DNA from: a virus
Taxonomy: Duplodnaviria > Caudoviricetes
DNA: 64,000 nt
Strand: one strand, 5' to 3'
IMG/VR virus record: IMGVR_UViG_3300013121_000044
Coordinates: 64,001-128,000 of that record
The notes beneath the pieces were generated by a model that did no database searches, was not told where the DNA came from, and worked only from the letters and a program-made list of their open reading frames with translations. A program made the position numbers and the translations under genes. Shown here in pieces: positions 47,091 through 56,106 of this stretch. Each line of letters starts with the position of its first letter. The stretch's first letter is position 1.

Positions 47091-47801
47091 TCAGAGCGTG
47101 AACCGCGTGGGGAGCGCGGCGAAGAGCGCGTCCGGGCTCTTCTCGTTCGAGATCTCCCCCGCGCAGAATCCGATCAAGGTCGCCCGCGTAGGCTCCGAGG
47201 CGTGCGGGTCCTTGGGCCTGTCCGCGAGCCGCGCGCCCGCCTCGATCCAGTACACGTCCGCGCCCAGGCGCTCCTTGAGGTATTGGGCCTCGTTGGGGAA
47301 GCGACAGTCAGGAATCACGTAACGGGAGCCCGGGTCGGCGCTCACGGTACGCCGTACGGCGTCGAGCCACACCTCGTCCCAGACCCGCCGTCCCCACTCG
47401 GTGCCGAGCCTTTGGAGCACGGTGCGCGGACTCGTGAACGCCTCCTCGTACGGATCGAAGGCGCGCGTGAGGGAGTGCGCCGCCTCCTTGTCGGGGTCCC
47501 TGTCTCCGAAGAGCTCGGTGAGAGCCGTCCTGCCGTCGGGATCGAGCCGCAGCCACGTGATGGCAGCCTGGAGCTCGACGACGGCTCGACGCTTCTCGAC
47601 GGGAGAGAAACGGCGCTCACGAACGTGAGACGGGCCGTAGAGATCCTCCATGGTCAGCGTGGTCGGGAAGAACCGTTTGGCGAGGCCCTTCAGCTTGTCG
47701 GCCAGCGACAAACTCTTGTATCCCCTCTCCTGGACGAGCCAGTCGGCGACGGTAGACTTGCCCGAGCCCTTGGGGCCTGCGAGGGCGATGACGTTCTTCA
47801 T
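47091..47801 (-). CDS. Deoxynucleoside monophosphate kinase
   Basis: GPKGSGKST, LADKLK, PRTVLQRLGTEWGR, IPDCRFPNE. Confidence 0.9.
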   Translation of the reverse strand: MKNVIALAGPKGSGKSTVADWLVQERGYKSLSLADKLKGLAKRFFPTTLTMEDLYGPSHVRERRFSPVEKRRAVVELQAAITWLRLDPDGRTALTELFGDRDPDKEAAHSLTRAFDPYEEAFTSPRTVLQRLGTEWGRRVWDEVWLDAVRRTVSADPGSRYVIPDCRFPNEAQYLKERLGADVYWIEAGARLADRPKDPHASEPTRATLIGFCAGEISNEKSPDALFAALPTRFTL

Positions 47802-48070
47802 GAAACTCCTTCGGGGCGTCGCGGCGGGACGCCGTACGCAGGGTGGGGTGGAGGCTTCCGGGAGGGACCCATCCACCCTCCCGGCCCTGTATAGGACATG
47901 TGTACTCGCTCCCCGGAGGGCAGCCGCTTCACCACGATGACCCTTCGGTTGAGGGTCTTGGCCTGGGCGTTGGCGGTGGCGAGCTCCTCGTGTGGCGCTT
48001 CACCAGGGATCTCGACTTCGTGCTCGTCGAGGAGGAGGAAAGGGCGAACGGTGGGGTCGGTGGGGTCCAC
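47798..48070 (-). CDS. Hypothetical protein
   Basis: ATGA overlap with the kinase. Confidence 0.55.
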   Translation of the reverse strand: MDPTDPTVRPFLLLDEHEVEIPGEAPHEELATANAQAKTLNRRVIVVKRLPSGERVHMSYTGPGGWMGPSRKPPPHPAYGVPPRRPEGVS

Positions 48071-48079
48071 GCCCGGAGA

Positions 48080-48559
48080 CTACTGGGGTCCGGGCGCGCC
48101 GTCCATGACGGGCGGGGGGTCCCACGGGGCGCACTTCCTGCTCTTGAAGGAAACACTTTCCGTGCAGAGGATCTGCTCCGTCGCGATGTCCAGACCCTCC
48201 GTGAGCTCCGGCTCGCAGTCCAGGAAGTAAACCGCCCGACCGACCGAAAGGTCGCGCGTACGGAGGATGAGCCCCACCCCGAACTTCGACTCCGCGCCAC
48301 ACCCGATACGCTCGCGCGCAGCGCGGAGACGTTGAATCAGAGGAGAGAGCTCCTTGATGATCGGAGCGAAGATCGTCACTTCCGAAGGAGCGGAGGGTCG
48401 TGATTGTGTCGCCACACGCTGAAGCATGCCGAGCAACGTGAGGTGCCCGTGCGTGGTAGGGAGGTAGTGCGGAGGACCGATGACGACCAGAAGGTCGTCC
48501 GGGTGCAGCGCCGTCAGAAGCGGGGGAGGAGGCCCCGACAGGGTGGTGTTGTTCTCCAT
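48080..48559 (-). CDS. Hypothetical protein
   Basis: Start MENNTT at 48559. Confidence 0.5.
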   Translation of the reverse strand: MENNTTLSGPPPPLLTALHPDDLLVVIGPPHYLPTTHGHLTLLGMLQRVATQSRPSAPSEVTIFAPIIKELSPLIQRLRAARERIGCGAESKFGVGLILRTRDLSVGRAVYFLDCEPELTEGLDIATEQILCTESVSFKSRKCAPWDPPPVMDGAPGPQ

Positions 48560-48567
48560 ACCCCCGA

Positions 48568-48606
48568 GTCTAAACCCGGGGCCTCGACGGGTACAAGAAC
48601 ATGTAG
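48568..48606 (+). promoter_or_regulatory. Putative phage promoter GTCTAAA-N13-CGGGTACAAGAACATGTAG
   Basis: Second copy of the 27032 element. Confidence 0.6.
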
Positions 48607-48635
48607 CCCCACTCCTTGGGGCTCGGGAGGACCCT

Positions 48636-48941
48636 ATGCCGACCATCAAAAAGAACGACATCATCATCCGGACTTCGACGACAGGCCACCTCCGGGTGCC
48701 TGTCGGCGAACGCCTCCTGGCACGCGCCAGGATCGAAGTCGTCGAGATCCCTGTATCGTACCGGAACCGCCGCGTCGGAGTGGCGCTGTTCGTGGGGCGG
48801 CGACCCCTGCCGCCGATGGTGAACAACCGGCTGCTCGCGACAGCCTACGACGTATTCGTCCACACGAACGGCGCGGCGTCGATCCCCTACGAGGCGGCAC
48901 GGAATCACATCAGCTACAAGGAGATCCAGAAGGCCCTGTAG
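48636..48941 (+). CDS. Hypothetical protein
   Basis: SD GGAGG. Confidence 0.6.
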   Translation: MPTIKKNDIIIRTSTTGHLRVPVGERLLARARIEVVEIPVSYRNRRVGVALFVGRRPLPPMVNNRLLATAYDVFVHTNGAASIPYEAARNHISYKEIQKAL

Positions 48942-48966
48942 GCCCTCCGTACGCCGTACGCCGTAC

Positions 48967-48997
48967 GCGCCCCGTCTCCCTCTCGGAGGCGGGGCGC
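48967..48997. terminator. Hairpin between convergent genes
   Basis: GCGCCCCGTCTCC / GGAGGCGGGGCGC. Confidence 0.55.
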
Positions 48998-49018
48998 CCC
49001 CGGGTCTTCGTGTGGCCG

Positions 49019-49321
49019 TCAGCGTCGCCTCTTGGCCTTCTTCACCCCGTCCGTTCCGAGCTTCCCCCGCTCCTCCAGCAGGTGAAGGCAGTAGGCGACC
49101 TTCGCCCGTTGCGCGCTGATCGCGTCACGGTACCCCGAGGAGAGGTCCTTGAGCTGCTCGCGGACGGCGGCGAGCGATTCGTCAGAGTCACGCGCCATCT
49201 CCGTCTCTCGAACGGACGCGTCGGCGTCCACGATCGCGGCCCGAAGCGCCGTTTCGTCCATCCCGGCCGCCTCGTCGGCAAAGCCGGTGGGGAGTTTCTT
49301 GATCACTTTCTCGATCTTCAC
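49019..49321 (-). CDS. Hypothetical coiled-coil protein
   Basis: GTG start with SD GGAGG. Confidence 0.6.
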   Translation of the reverse strand: MKIEKVIKKLPTGFADEAAGMDETALRAAIVDADASVRETEMARDSDESLAAVREQLKDLSSGYRDAISAQRAKVAYCLHLLEERGKLGTDGVKKAKRRR

Positions 49322-49593
49322 GGGTCCTCCATCTGTCGAATGAGTTTGGCCTCCGTCACGTCGGTCATGCGCGCGACTGCGCTCAAGGCAGAGGTGAAGT
49401 CCTGCCACGCAGGCAAGGTCTCGACCCCCGCACGTTGGGAGGCAAGGCGCAGTGTATCCCAAAGCAGCGCGTTCGGGTGTTTGTGGAGACGAAGGAGCTC
49501 TCGTTCGAGACGTTGCGTATGATGGCGATCTCCTTTCCGCACGGAGACCGTGACGTACGTCACGTCCACGGTCCCCACCACGAAAAGAGTCAC
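49318..49593 (-). CDS. Hypothetical protein
   Basis: Part of a chain of overlapping ORFs. Confidence 0.5.
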   Translation of the reverse strand: MTLFVVGTVDVTYVTVSVRKGDRHHTQRLERELLRLHKHPNALLWDTLRLASQRAGVETLPAWQDFTSALSAVARMTDVTEAKLIRQMEDP

Positions 49594-49961
49594 CCTGCCC
49601 CCGTCGGGAGATCCACCCGAACACGCTTCGCTTCGTGGATCTGCGCCCAGAGTTTTCGTGTGGGGCGTCCGCGCAAGAGCTTGGCGTAGGCGACGGCCAC
49701 CGCGAGGGACACCTGACGCGTCTCATCGAGATCAAAGCGAGCGTGAACCGTCGTTCGATAAAGGTCCCGAAGACCCAACCAACAAGCGAGATCATGAAGG
49801 GCCTGCCGTTCCTGTACGCCGTCACGCTGTCCTTTCAGGCGTGCCTTCGCCGCGCGAATCTTTTTGTCGATCTCGACTCCGGTCACGACCATCGCCCGAG
49901 GAGCGTAACGGAGAGCGGCACGTGGTACAAGCGTTCGGGTAAAGACGTGCGCCTCGCGCAC
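49590..49961 (-). CDS. Hypothetical protein (start uncertain)
   Basis: Part of a chain of overlapping ORFs. Confidence 0.45.
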   Translation of the reverse strand: MREAHVFTRTLVPRAALRYAPRAMVVTGVEIDKKIRAAKARLKGQRDGVQERQALHDLACWLGLRDLYRTTVHARFDLDETRQVSLAVAVAYAKLLRGRPTRKLWAQIHEAKRVRVDLPTGAG

Positions 49962-49975
49962 TCAAGGAGACTCCC

Positions 49976-51340
49976 ATGAAGCTCACTGGTGTTCAGATCG
50001 AAAGTTTCTCGAAGGCTCTCATGTCCGCGTTCCCGAATCGCGGCGAGCTGGAGCGCATGGTGCTGTACCACTTCGGGGAGAACCTCAACACGATCGTGGA
50101 GGCTAGCCCCCTGACGTACACGGTCCACAAGCTCATCGAATGGGCGATGGCGCGAGGTTCCGTGGCTCAGCTCCTCAAGGCCGCCCGCACGGCCAACCCC
50201 GGCAACGAGCAGCTCGCCCGGCTGAATTTCGACGGCCCCGCCACGGCCTCGGTCCCCGCCACGCAACCTGCGCTTCAACGACACCTCTCCACGGAGAAGA
50301 CCATGGACTTCCGTGATCGACAGATTCACCTCTCGCACAAGAGGGGGCTCATCCTCCTCGTACAGGATGCTCTCAACACGAACAACGAGACGGCGCAGAA
50401 AGTCTTCGACGGCCTCTTCGAGGATGACGTGACGTACCAGGAGCTCCCCAACCTGAAGGATCGGGCGCTCGCGCGCGCAATCGACCGGCACCTCGGTGCC
50501 GGCCACAACATCAAGGAGACGCGCATCGACAACCTGCTCGACGCCATCCAGGGCGCCACGCCCGACCGCCGTTATTGCGAGACGTGCGGGCGATTCGATC
50601 TCGACCAAAAGGGCGGGAGCTGGTTCGTCCTCGACCGAGACACGTGCCCGAAGGACGACGGGATCTTCCAGCGGGTCGCGTTCCCGACGCCCTTCAGGGC
50701 ATGGACCGACCACCGGATGTACGAGCCCGAAACGGAGAAGGACGCCCAGAGGCTCCCCATCAAGGACGGACCGCTCCGTCGGTACATCAGCGACCAGGGT
50801 GGCGCCGTGGGCAAGTGGCTCGACACGGCACTGACCGCGACCAAGGGCGCGCTCTCCCTCGTCGACTTCGCGGACTACCTGCTCTGGCAGTCTCGGAACT
50901 TCGGTGACCCCACCTCGATGGCCGCCAAGGTGGCCGTCATCAAGGCCCTCACGGACCCTCGGTCCTTCGCCTTGGACGAGACGGGCGTCCGTATCGAGGT
51001 CAACCGGGCCCTCCAGTTCCGGGGGACCCAGATGGCGGATGTCCAGGAAGGAACGCGTGTCGAGCAGCAGCCCGTCGGGCCGGCTCACACGGGCGTCGTC
51101 ACGTCGAAGATCCTGCGCGAGACCCTTGCGCGGCTCTACCCGAGCAGTGGGGATGCGCGGCGTCTCGCGAACGACGTGGGGTTGCCTCAGGGGCGCGTCG
51201 ACTTCAACGGAAAGGCGCTCTCCTTCTGGTTCGAGGTCCTGGAAGAGGCCGAAAAGCTGCATCTGCTTCAGCGTCTCGTGGAGCTCGCCTACGAGCAGTA
51301 CCCCCTGGATCCCGTGTTGCGGGCGTACCTGAAGAAGTAG
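49976..51340 (+). CDS. EAD1 - unknown - EAD1 protein (two effector-associated domain 1 modules)
   Basis: N-terminus LTG.Q...F..AL.SAFP....LERM......NL..I.....L...V.KLI.WA.A.G....LL.AAR.ANPGN..L; C-terminus LR..LA.LYP...DARR.A.D.GL.......G.A..FW..VL.EAEK...L..L...A...YP. Confidence 0.8.
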   Translation: MKLTGVQIESFSKALMSAFPNRGELERMVLYHFGENLNTIVEASPLTYTVHKLIEWAMARGSVAQLLKAARTANPGNEQLARLNFDGPATASVPATQPALQRHLSTEKTMDFRDRQIHLSHKRGLILLVQDALNTNNETAQKVFDGLFEDDVTYQELPNLKDRALARAIDRHLGAGHNIKETRIDNLLDAIQGATPDRRYCETCGRFDLDQKGGSWFVLDRDTCPKDDGIFQRVAFPTPFRAWTDHRMYEPETEKDAQRLPIKDGPLRRYISDQGGAVGKWLDTALTATKGALSLVDFADYLLWQSRNFGDPTSMAAKVAVIKALTDPRSFALDETGVRIEVNRALQFRGTQMADVQEGTRVEQQPVGPAHTGVVTSKILRETLARLYPSSGDARRLANDVGLPQGRVDFNGKALSFWFEVLEEAEKLHLLQRLVELAYEQYPLDPVLRAYLKK

Positions 51341-51343
51341 AAC

Positions 51344-51769
51344 ATGCTCGTCTACATCGGCGTTCCCGCGAAGAGCTATACCGCACGCGGAGAACCGCAG
51401 AAGAGCGTCACCCTTTCGGACTTCTTCGGCGGCGATGCCGAGTTCCCGGACGTGACGGACTCCTTGGAGCGGCTGTGGTTGCTCGCTCCGTGGTTTCTCG
51501 TCCCTTCCAGCCAAGGCCCTTCAAGCCGGGGACTTCGACGAGACGTGTGCGTGGCGGGACACTACTTGCGAATCGTCCTTCGGGAAGACCGCAAGAACCG
51601 ATGCTTCTCCCTCTGGGTGGCGCCCATGGACCGACGGGAAGGCGGGAGCACCCCGCATAGCTGGGGTGCCCTTCACCGAGGCCCTTTCATCCCTTTCCTC
51701 CATCGCGAGACGCCCGACGCAGCGGCGCTCGCCTTCTTCCGGCTCTTCCAGCCGGGACCCCCCACCTGA
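51344..51769 (+). CDS. Hypothetical protein
   Basis: Starts 3 bp after the EAD1 gene. Confidence 0.55.
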   Translation: MLVYIGVPAKSYTARGEPQKSVTLSDFFGGDAEFPDVTDSLERLWLLAPWFLVPSSQGPSSRGLRRDVCVAGHYLRIVLREDRKNRCFSLWVAPMDRREGGSTPHSWGALHRGPFIPFLHRETPDAAALAFFRLFQPGPPT

Positions 51770-51790
51770 GTACGCCGTACGCCCGAGGGC

Positions 51791-51818
51791 TTGACAGCCA
51801 AGCGAGCCCGAGGAGAAT
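51791..51818 (+). promoter_or_regulatory. Putative sigma-70-type promoter TTGACA-N16-GAGAAT
   Basis: Intergenic, 11 bp after TACGCCGTA. Confidence 0.45.
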
Positions 51819-51844
51819 ACGTCTCCGGAGCCCTCCCCCTCGGG

Positions 51845-51893
51845 GAACGCCCCGCCGCCGCCGGACTCAGGACCCGGCGGCGGCGGGGCGTTC
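51845..51893. other. 20-bp perfect hairpin in putative 5' leader
   Basis: GAACGCCCCGCCGCCGCCGG / CCGGCGGCGGCGGGGCGTTC with a 9-nt loop. Confidence 0.8.
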
Positions 51894-51946
51894 GACTTTG
51901 GGAGGTGCACGGCGCTCGCGTCTCACTCCCACCGAAAGAAAGACCC

Positions 51947-52135
51947 ATGCCGAAAGTCTTCAAGTACACCGCCGAGTTCTTCTGTGGTGTGGAGCTTGAC
52001 TCCAAAGCCCTCGACGCGATCGAGGCTGCGATCGAAGGTGCTACGAACTACCGAATCCAGGCCGGCGTCGATCCGCGTAAGACGGAGGAGGTGGACGCCG
52101 CTGAGTACGAGCTCGAACACCTCGTTCCGAGATAG
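51947..52135 (+). CDS. Small hypothetical protein
   Basis: MPKVFKYTAEF. Confidence 0.5.
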   Translation: MPKVFKYTAEFFCGVELDSKALDAIEAAIEGATNYRIQAGVDPRKTEEVDAAEYELEHLVPR

Positions 52136-52144
52136 GATGCACCC

Positions 52145-52783
52145 ATGATGAACCTCGCCCGTAAACCGCGCGTCGGCGTCGACGTGGACGGCGTGCTCGC
52201 CGACCTCCTGACGCCTCTCTTCCAACACCTGAACACGCTGCTCGGTACGACGTACGCCCCTGACCACATGAAGGACTGGGACATCGCCGAGCTCGTTCCT
52301 CCCGAACGTCGCGACGAGTTCTGGAACACCTTCGGCCGGGAAGTGCGCGTGCACGACGCCCTCCAGCCCCTGCCGGGAGCGGTGGAGGGGATGAAGCTCC
52401 TCCAGGAGGTGGCGGACGTTTACATCGTCACCGCCTACCTTCGCTCCGCCCCGACCTGGGTGCACGACCGCGACCGGTGGCTCTCCGCGCACTTCGGGGT
52501 GGGCGACAGGAAGATCGTCCACACGCACGCCAAGTACGTGTTCTCCGGGGAGATGCTGATCGACGACAAGCCCGAGACCGTGGAGCGATGGTGCCGAGAA
52601 CACCCGAACGGGCGCGGAGTCCTCTGGGATCAGCCCTACAACCGCGCCGCCGCAACGCGACAGATCCTCTGGTCTTCGGAGACGTTTTATCACGTGACCG
52701 GCGGGAACAGCCACGCGATGATCCCTTTCAGGACCTCGGACTGGTCCTGTGTCTGCGCGATTCTCCACGAATGGCGACCGTGA
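52145..52783 (+). CDS. 5'(3')-deoxyribonucleotidase (HAD, NT5C family)
   Basis: VDVDGVLAD, IVTA, LIDDKP, QPYN. Confidence 0.9.
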   Translation: MMNLARKPRVGVDVDGVLADLLTPLFQHLNTLLGTTYAPDHMKDWDIAELVPPERRDEFWNTFGREVRVHDALQPLPGAVEGMKLLQEVADVYIVTAYLRSAPTWVHDRDRWLSAHFGVGDRKIVHTHAKYVFSGEMLIDDKPETVERWCREHPNGRGVLWDQPYNRAAATRQILWSSETFYHVTGGNSHAMIPFRTSDWSCVCAILHEWRP

Positions 52784-53193
52784 AGTTCCTTCACTTCGAC
52801 GCCTTCGGGATCTACGTACCCGGAGGCCCGGTCGACCAGATCATCGACGCCTTCGACGAAGCCAAGGTCGTCTACCGGCACCACCATCTGACGGGCGGGG
52901 TTTTCGAGATCGGCTATCTCACCACCCCGCGCGCCGCCAAGATCGTCGACCGCGTCGCCAAGCGCTACTACGCCGAACGCGTGTGGCGCTTCCGCGAGGC
53001 CCAGCTCAAACTCCTCAACAAGCACTTCCCGGAGGAAGCGTTCGAGCAACTCCCCGAAGTGCTCGATAGCAGCCATGCGGGGCTTTGCGCACACTTCGAT
53101 CTTCCCACGCAAAACTGCACCCACTGCGGCGAACCCTGCCCGACCCCGCTGGTCGACAATGGTCGCTGCCCCCACTGCAAGGAGCTGACATGA
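52780..53193 (+). CDS. Zinc-ribbon hypothetical protein
   Basis: CTHC...CPHC. Confidence 0.55.
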   Translation: MKFLHFDAFGIYVPGGPVDQIIDAFDEAKVVYRHHHLTGGVFEIGYLTTPRAAKIVDRVAKRYYAERVWRFREAQLKLLNKHFPEEAFEQLPEVLDSSHAGLCAHFDLPTQNCTHCGEPCPTPLVDNGRCPHCKELT

Positions 53194-53615
53194 CTCTCAA
53201 ACGATACGCCGCGATCATCCGCGTCGAGCACGACCCCCTCTTCGAGGGCGAAGAGATCGCCGAAACCCTCCTGGGGCTGGATCACATCCGCGCTCTGAAC
53301 TTCCACGCCAGTACGGACGAAGGTCCGAGCGAGTACGCCATCGTGTACGCGACGAGCCTCGATCCCGTTCTCGGGCTGGAGGAGATTCTCGACAACGCGG
53401 GGGGCGAGATCGAAGACTGGGACACGCGCCCCGAAACGCTCATCCTGTCGATCTCCGAGAAGGAATCCGACGAAGAAGCTCTCGCCCGGGTCGAAGCGCT
53501 CATCAAGGTTGCGGACAAGGACATCCTGATCGGTGGGCCCGATCCGGAGCCTACCGAGGAACATCGGACGACACACCCCGACATCCTCGGGGGCGACAGC
53601 CCGGAGGACGCGTGA
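53190..53615 (+). CDS. Acidic hypothetical protein
   Basis: Part of a chain of overlapping ORFs. Confidence 0.55.
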   Translation: MTLKRYAAIIRVEHDPLFEGEEIAETLLGLDHIRALNFHASTDEGPSEYAIVYATSLDPVLGLEEILDNAGGEIEDWDTRPETLILSISEKESDEEALARVEALIKVADKDILIGGPDPEPTEEHRTTHPDILGGDSPEDA

Positions 53616-54151
53616 TGGGCGCCCCGACTCCCGAAGCCGCCTGGAGCGGCTGGACCCCCAAGGACGTGAAGAAGCACCGCGTCGCCGTCTACGCCCTCGG
53701 GGACGGGACGTACGAGGCGTTCGCGCGGAACGCGAAGATCCCCTCGGACGCGACGCGCCTCGAACCGCAGCCCGCGCTCCCGAGCTCCGGCGACCCTCAC
53801 GAGGGGACGCGCGTCGCGATGAAGAAGCTGGAGTCGCAACACCCGATCCACATCCAGTGGGGCTGCTTCCTCGCCGTCTCGATCGCGAAGCGCCGCATGA
53901 CGGTCCACTCGCGCGACGTGTGGGAGGAGATGCTGCGCCGGGGCCTCGTCGAGCCCAACAGCCCCTCGCCCCACTGGATGGGCGCGGTGTTCCACCGGCT
54001 CAAGAACGAGAAGGTGCTCACCTCCACGGGCCAGTACTTCAAGTACTCGGATACCGCACGCGACAACCACGAGCGCAAGATCACCATCTGGGCCCTCGTC
54101 GAAGGCGCGGACACGGCGGCGTACGACGCCGAGCCCGCGCAGAAACCGTGA
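53612..54151 (+). CDS. Hypothetical protein
   Basis: GAVF...H.R.I.IW motif seen in small phage proteins. Confidence 0.6.
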   Translation: MMGAPTPEAAWSGWTPKDVKKHRVAVYALGDGTYEAFARNAKIPSDATRLEPQPALPSSGDPHEGTRVAMKKLESQHPIHIQWGCFLAVSIAKRRMTVHSRDVWEEMLRRGLVEPNSPSPHWMGAVFHRLKNEKVLTSTGQYFKYSDTARDNHERKITIWALVEGADTAAYDAEPAQKP

Positions 54152-54597
54152 ACGACGAGGCGGAGCGCTTCCGGTACTGGTGGCCCTACGTATTGGCCGC
54201 CGCCCACCACCAAGCGGGCCACTACGACTACCGCACCCACATCCTCCGCGTCGTCCTCCGTGAGGATGCGAAGAAGGAGAACATCGTCGACCCTCACAGT
54301 CTGGACGCCGCCGTGGAACATACGGCGTCGCTCTCCTATGCGGACGCGGTGCAGGTCCTCGCCCCGATCGCCAAGGACCTCCCGCCGAGTCATAGCATCC
54401 AGGCGCCTCTTCAGGCTCTTCAAGAGCCCGCTCTGCGAGAGGAGAAGCACGTGGTGCTCATCTCGCAGACAGGGCACTTGGAAGTCGACGCGTTCGTCTT
54501 TCCCACTCCCATGCTCCGCAACCGGAAGTCCACCGCGTCGGTTTCCGTCGTGGCGGCCCTGGCCCTGGCCGAGCCCGGGGCAGGGAAGTCCGGCTGA
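54148..54597 (+). CDS. Hypothetical protein
   Basis: GTGA overlap. Confidence 0.5.
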   Translation: MNDEAERFRYWWPYVLAAAHHQAGHYDYRTHILRVVLREDAKKENIVDPHSLDAAVEHTASLSYADAVQVLAPIAKDLPPSHSIQAPLQALQEPALREEKHVVLISQTGHLEVDAFVFPTPMLRNRKSTASVSVVAALALAEPGAGKSG

Positions 54598-55289
54598 TGG
54601 ACGCGAGACCCCAGAACCTGAGGCGCAGTCTCGTACGGGAGGCGCTCACCGAGCGCGTGACGGCGGAGGCGCTCCTCCTCGACCGTACGGCGTATGCCGA
54701 GCTCCACGCGGCGCTCGCCAAGCTCTCCCCCCATGAGGCCGAGGTGGTGTCTCGCCACTTCGGCCTCATGGGGGAGCCCGAGACCTACGAAGCCATCGGA
54801 GCATCCTTCGGGAAAACCAAGTCCGCCGTGGGGGCCACCCTGCGGCGCGCTCTTTGGCATCTCCACCTCCTCCTCCGTGACGGGCCCGAACCCCTCGCCC
54901 CGGGACTCGACGCCGAGGAACGAGCCGACCTGCGTCAGATCGCGAACGGGTGCCCCCCGTTCGCGTTTCGTGACGAGGTGAGGCGTCGCCTCGTTCGACG
55001 TGGCCTCATTCGACAGAGGGAGCGAAACCCGGACCGTCTTCCCGAGCGCCTGAACTGGGAGGTCACGGAGAAAGGAGCGATCGTCGCACGCCTCGTCGAA
55101 CCCAACCCCTTCCGCCCCTACCGGTGCCTCTGCGCGGGGAAGTGGACGGCATGCCCGCTCTGCGGGGAGACCTATCACACGCACACGATGTCCGGGTTCT
55201 GGTTGCCGCCACGATGTAAGGTGTGTCGAGGCGAACTCGACCCGGCGAATGATCAAGGGCCCCACTTCACGCGAAGGCGGACTCGGTGA
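54597..55289 (+). CDS. Sigma-70 region-4-like HTH protein with C-terminal zinc ribbon
   Basis: LAKLSPHEAEVVSRHFGL..EPETYEAIGASFG...V....RRAL.HL. Confidence 0.7.
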   Translation: MDARPQNLRRSLVREALTERVTAEALLLDRTAYAELHAALAKLSPHEAEVVSRHFGLMGEPETYEAIGASFGKTKSAVGATLRRALWHLHLLLRDGPEPLAPGLDAEERADLRQIANGCPPFAFRDEVRRRLVRRGLIRQRERNPDRLPERLNWEVTEKGAIVARLVEPNPFRPYRCLCAGKWTACPLCGETYHTHTMSGFWLPPRCKVCRGELDPANDQGPHFTRRRTR

Positions 55290-55600
55290 CCCAACAAAAG
55301 AAAAGACTCCCTCACGTGGTTCGGAACGAGCATGGGGCCTTTTGTGTCCGGTGCGAAGGGGTGTTTCTCGGTGTACACACGGAGCGAGAGTCGAGCTCCG
55401 CGCTTCGCGACGCCCTCACAAAGGATCCCGAAGTCCCGCTGTACGCCGCCTGCCTGCCAGAGGGAACAAAGGTCTGGGAAGGAGCCGTAGCTGCCGTTAT
55501 CAACGACGCCTACATGCGCGAGAGCTCGGACTACGCGAACATCTGCCAGATCCTCTGGAACAAAGTGCAGGCTGCCCGGCGCAAGTTGAACCTCATCTGA
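55286..55600 (+). CDS. Hypothetical protein
   Basis: Part of a chain of overlapping ORFs. Confidence 0.5.
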   Translation: MTQQKKRLPHVVRNEHGAFCVRCEGVFLGVHTERESSSALRDALTKDPEVPLYAACLPEGTKVWEGAVAAVINDAYMRESSDYANICQILWNKVQAARRKLNLI

Positions 55601-55612
55601 CCCAGGAGACCC

Positions 55613-55801
55613 ATGAACCTCACGAAAAACGAAATCAACCTCATGCGCAAACCCCCGGCCAAGTTCGTCGGCCGGGACAAGCGCACCGCCGAAGAGCTCG
55701 TCCACAAGGGCATGTTCCACCAGACGAGCAAGGACCAGTTCGAGCTCACGGAGGCGGGGCAGAAGGAGCTCGACGCTCGCGCCCCGAAGAAGACGGGATG
55801 A
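55613..55801 (+). CDS. Small winged-helix-like protein
   Basis: LVHKGM...FELTEAG. Confidence 0.5.
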   Translation: MNLTKNEINLMRKPPAKFVGRDKRTAEELVHKGMFHQTSKDQFELTEAGQKELDARAPKKTG

Positions 55802-56106
55802 GCCGCAGGAAATCTCAACCCGAGGAATCCCCTGCGCCCACCCAGGAAGACATCGACGAAGGCATCTGTCTGGACGAGCGCGAAGGCGAGATCTCCCGAG
55901 GGTTTCGGGGCTCCGTTTGCGAGGATGGAGTGGCAGCGCTTTACCAGCGTCGCGTCCTCGCCCAGAGCACGTCTCGCTCTCACCTCTTTCAGCTCCTTCG
56001 CGCGAAGGCTGAGGAGCTCTGCTTTCCTCGAATCTTCGAGGTGAACGATCACGGGAACGTAACCGAGTTCTCCTACACCGGCAAAGTGCTGGGGGAGTGG
56101 GTATGA
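55798..56106 (+). CDS. Hypothetical protein
   Basis: FP.IF.VNDHGNV motif common in phages. Confidence 0.55.
   Translation: MSRRKSQPEESPAPTQEDIDEGICLDEREGEISRGFRGSVCEDGVAALYQRRVLAQSTSRSHLFQLLRAKAEELCFPRIFEVNDHGNVTEFSYTGKVLGEWV

Noticed and set aside
49976-51769. Complete phage-borne ternary (VMAP/iSTAND) defence system
   Set aside because: No MoxR/vWA, STAND NTPase or peptidase effector genes are adjacent; only the EAD1 protein is present.
51820-51910. tRNA (contains GTTCGA)
   Set aside because: No cloverleaf can be formed; the GTTC is part of a long perfect hairpin.
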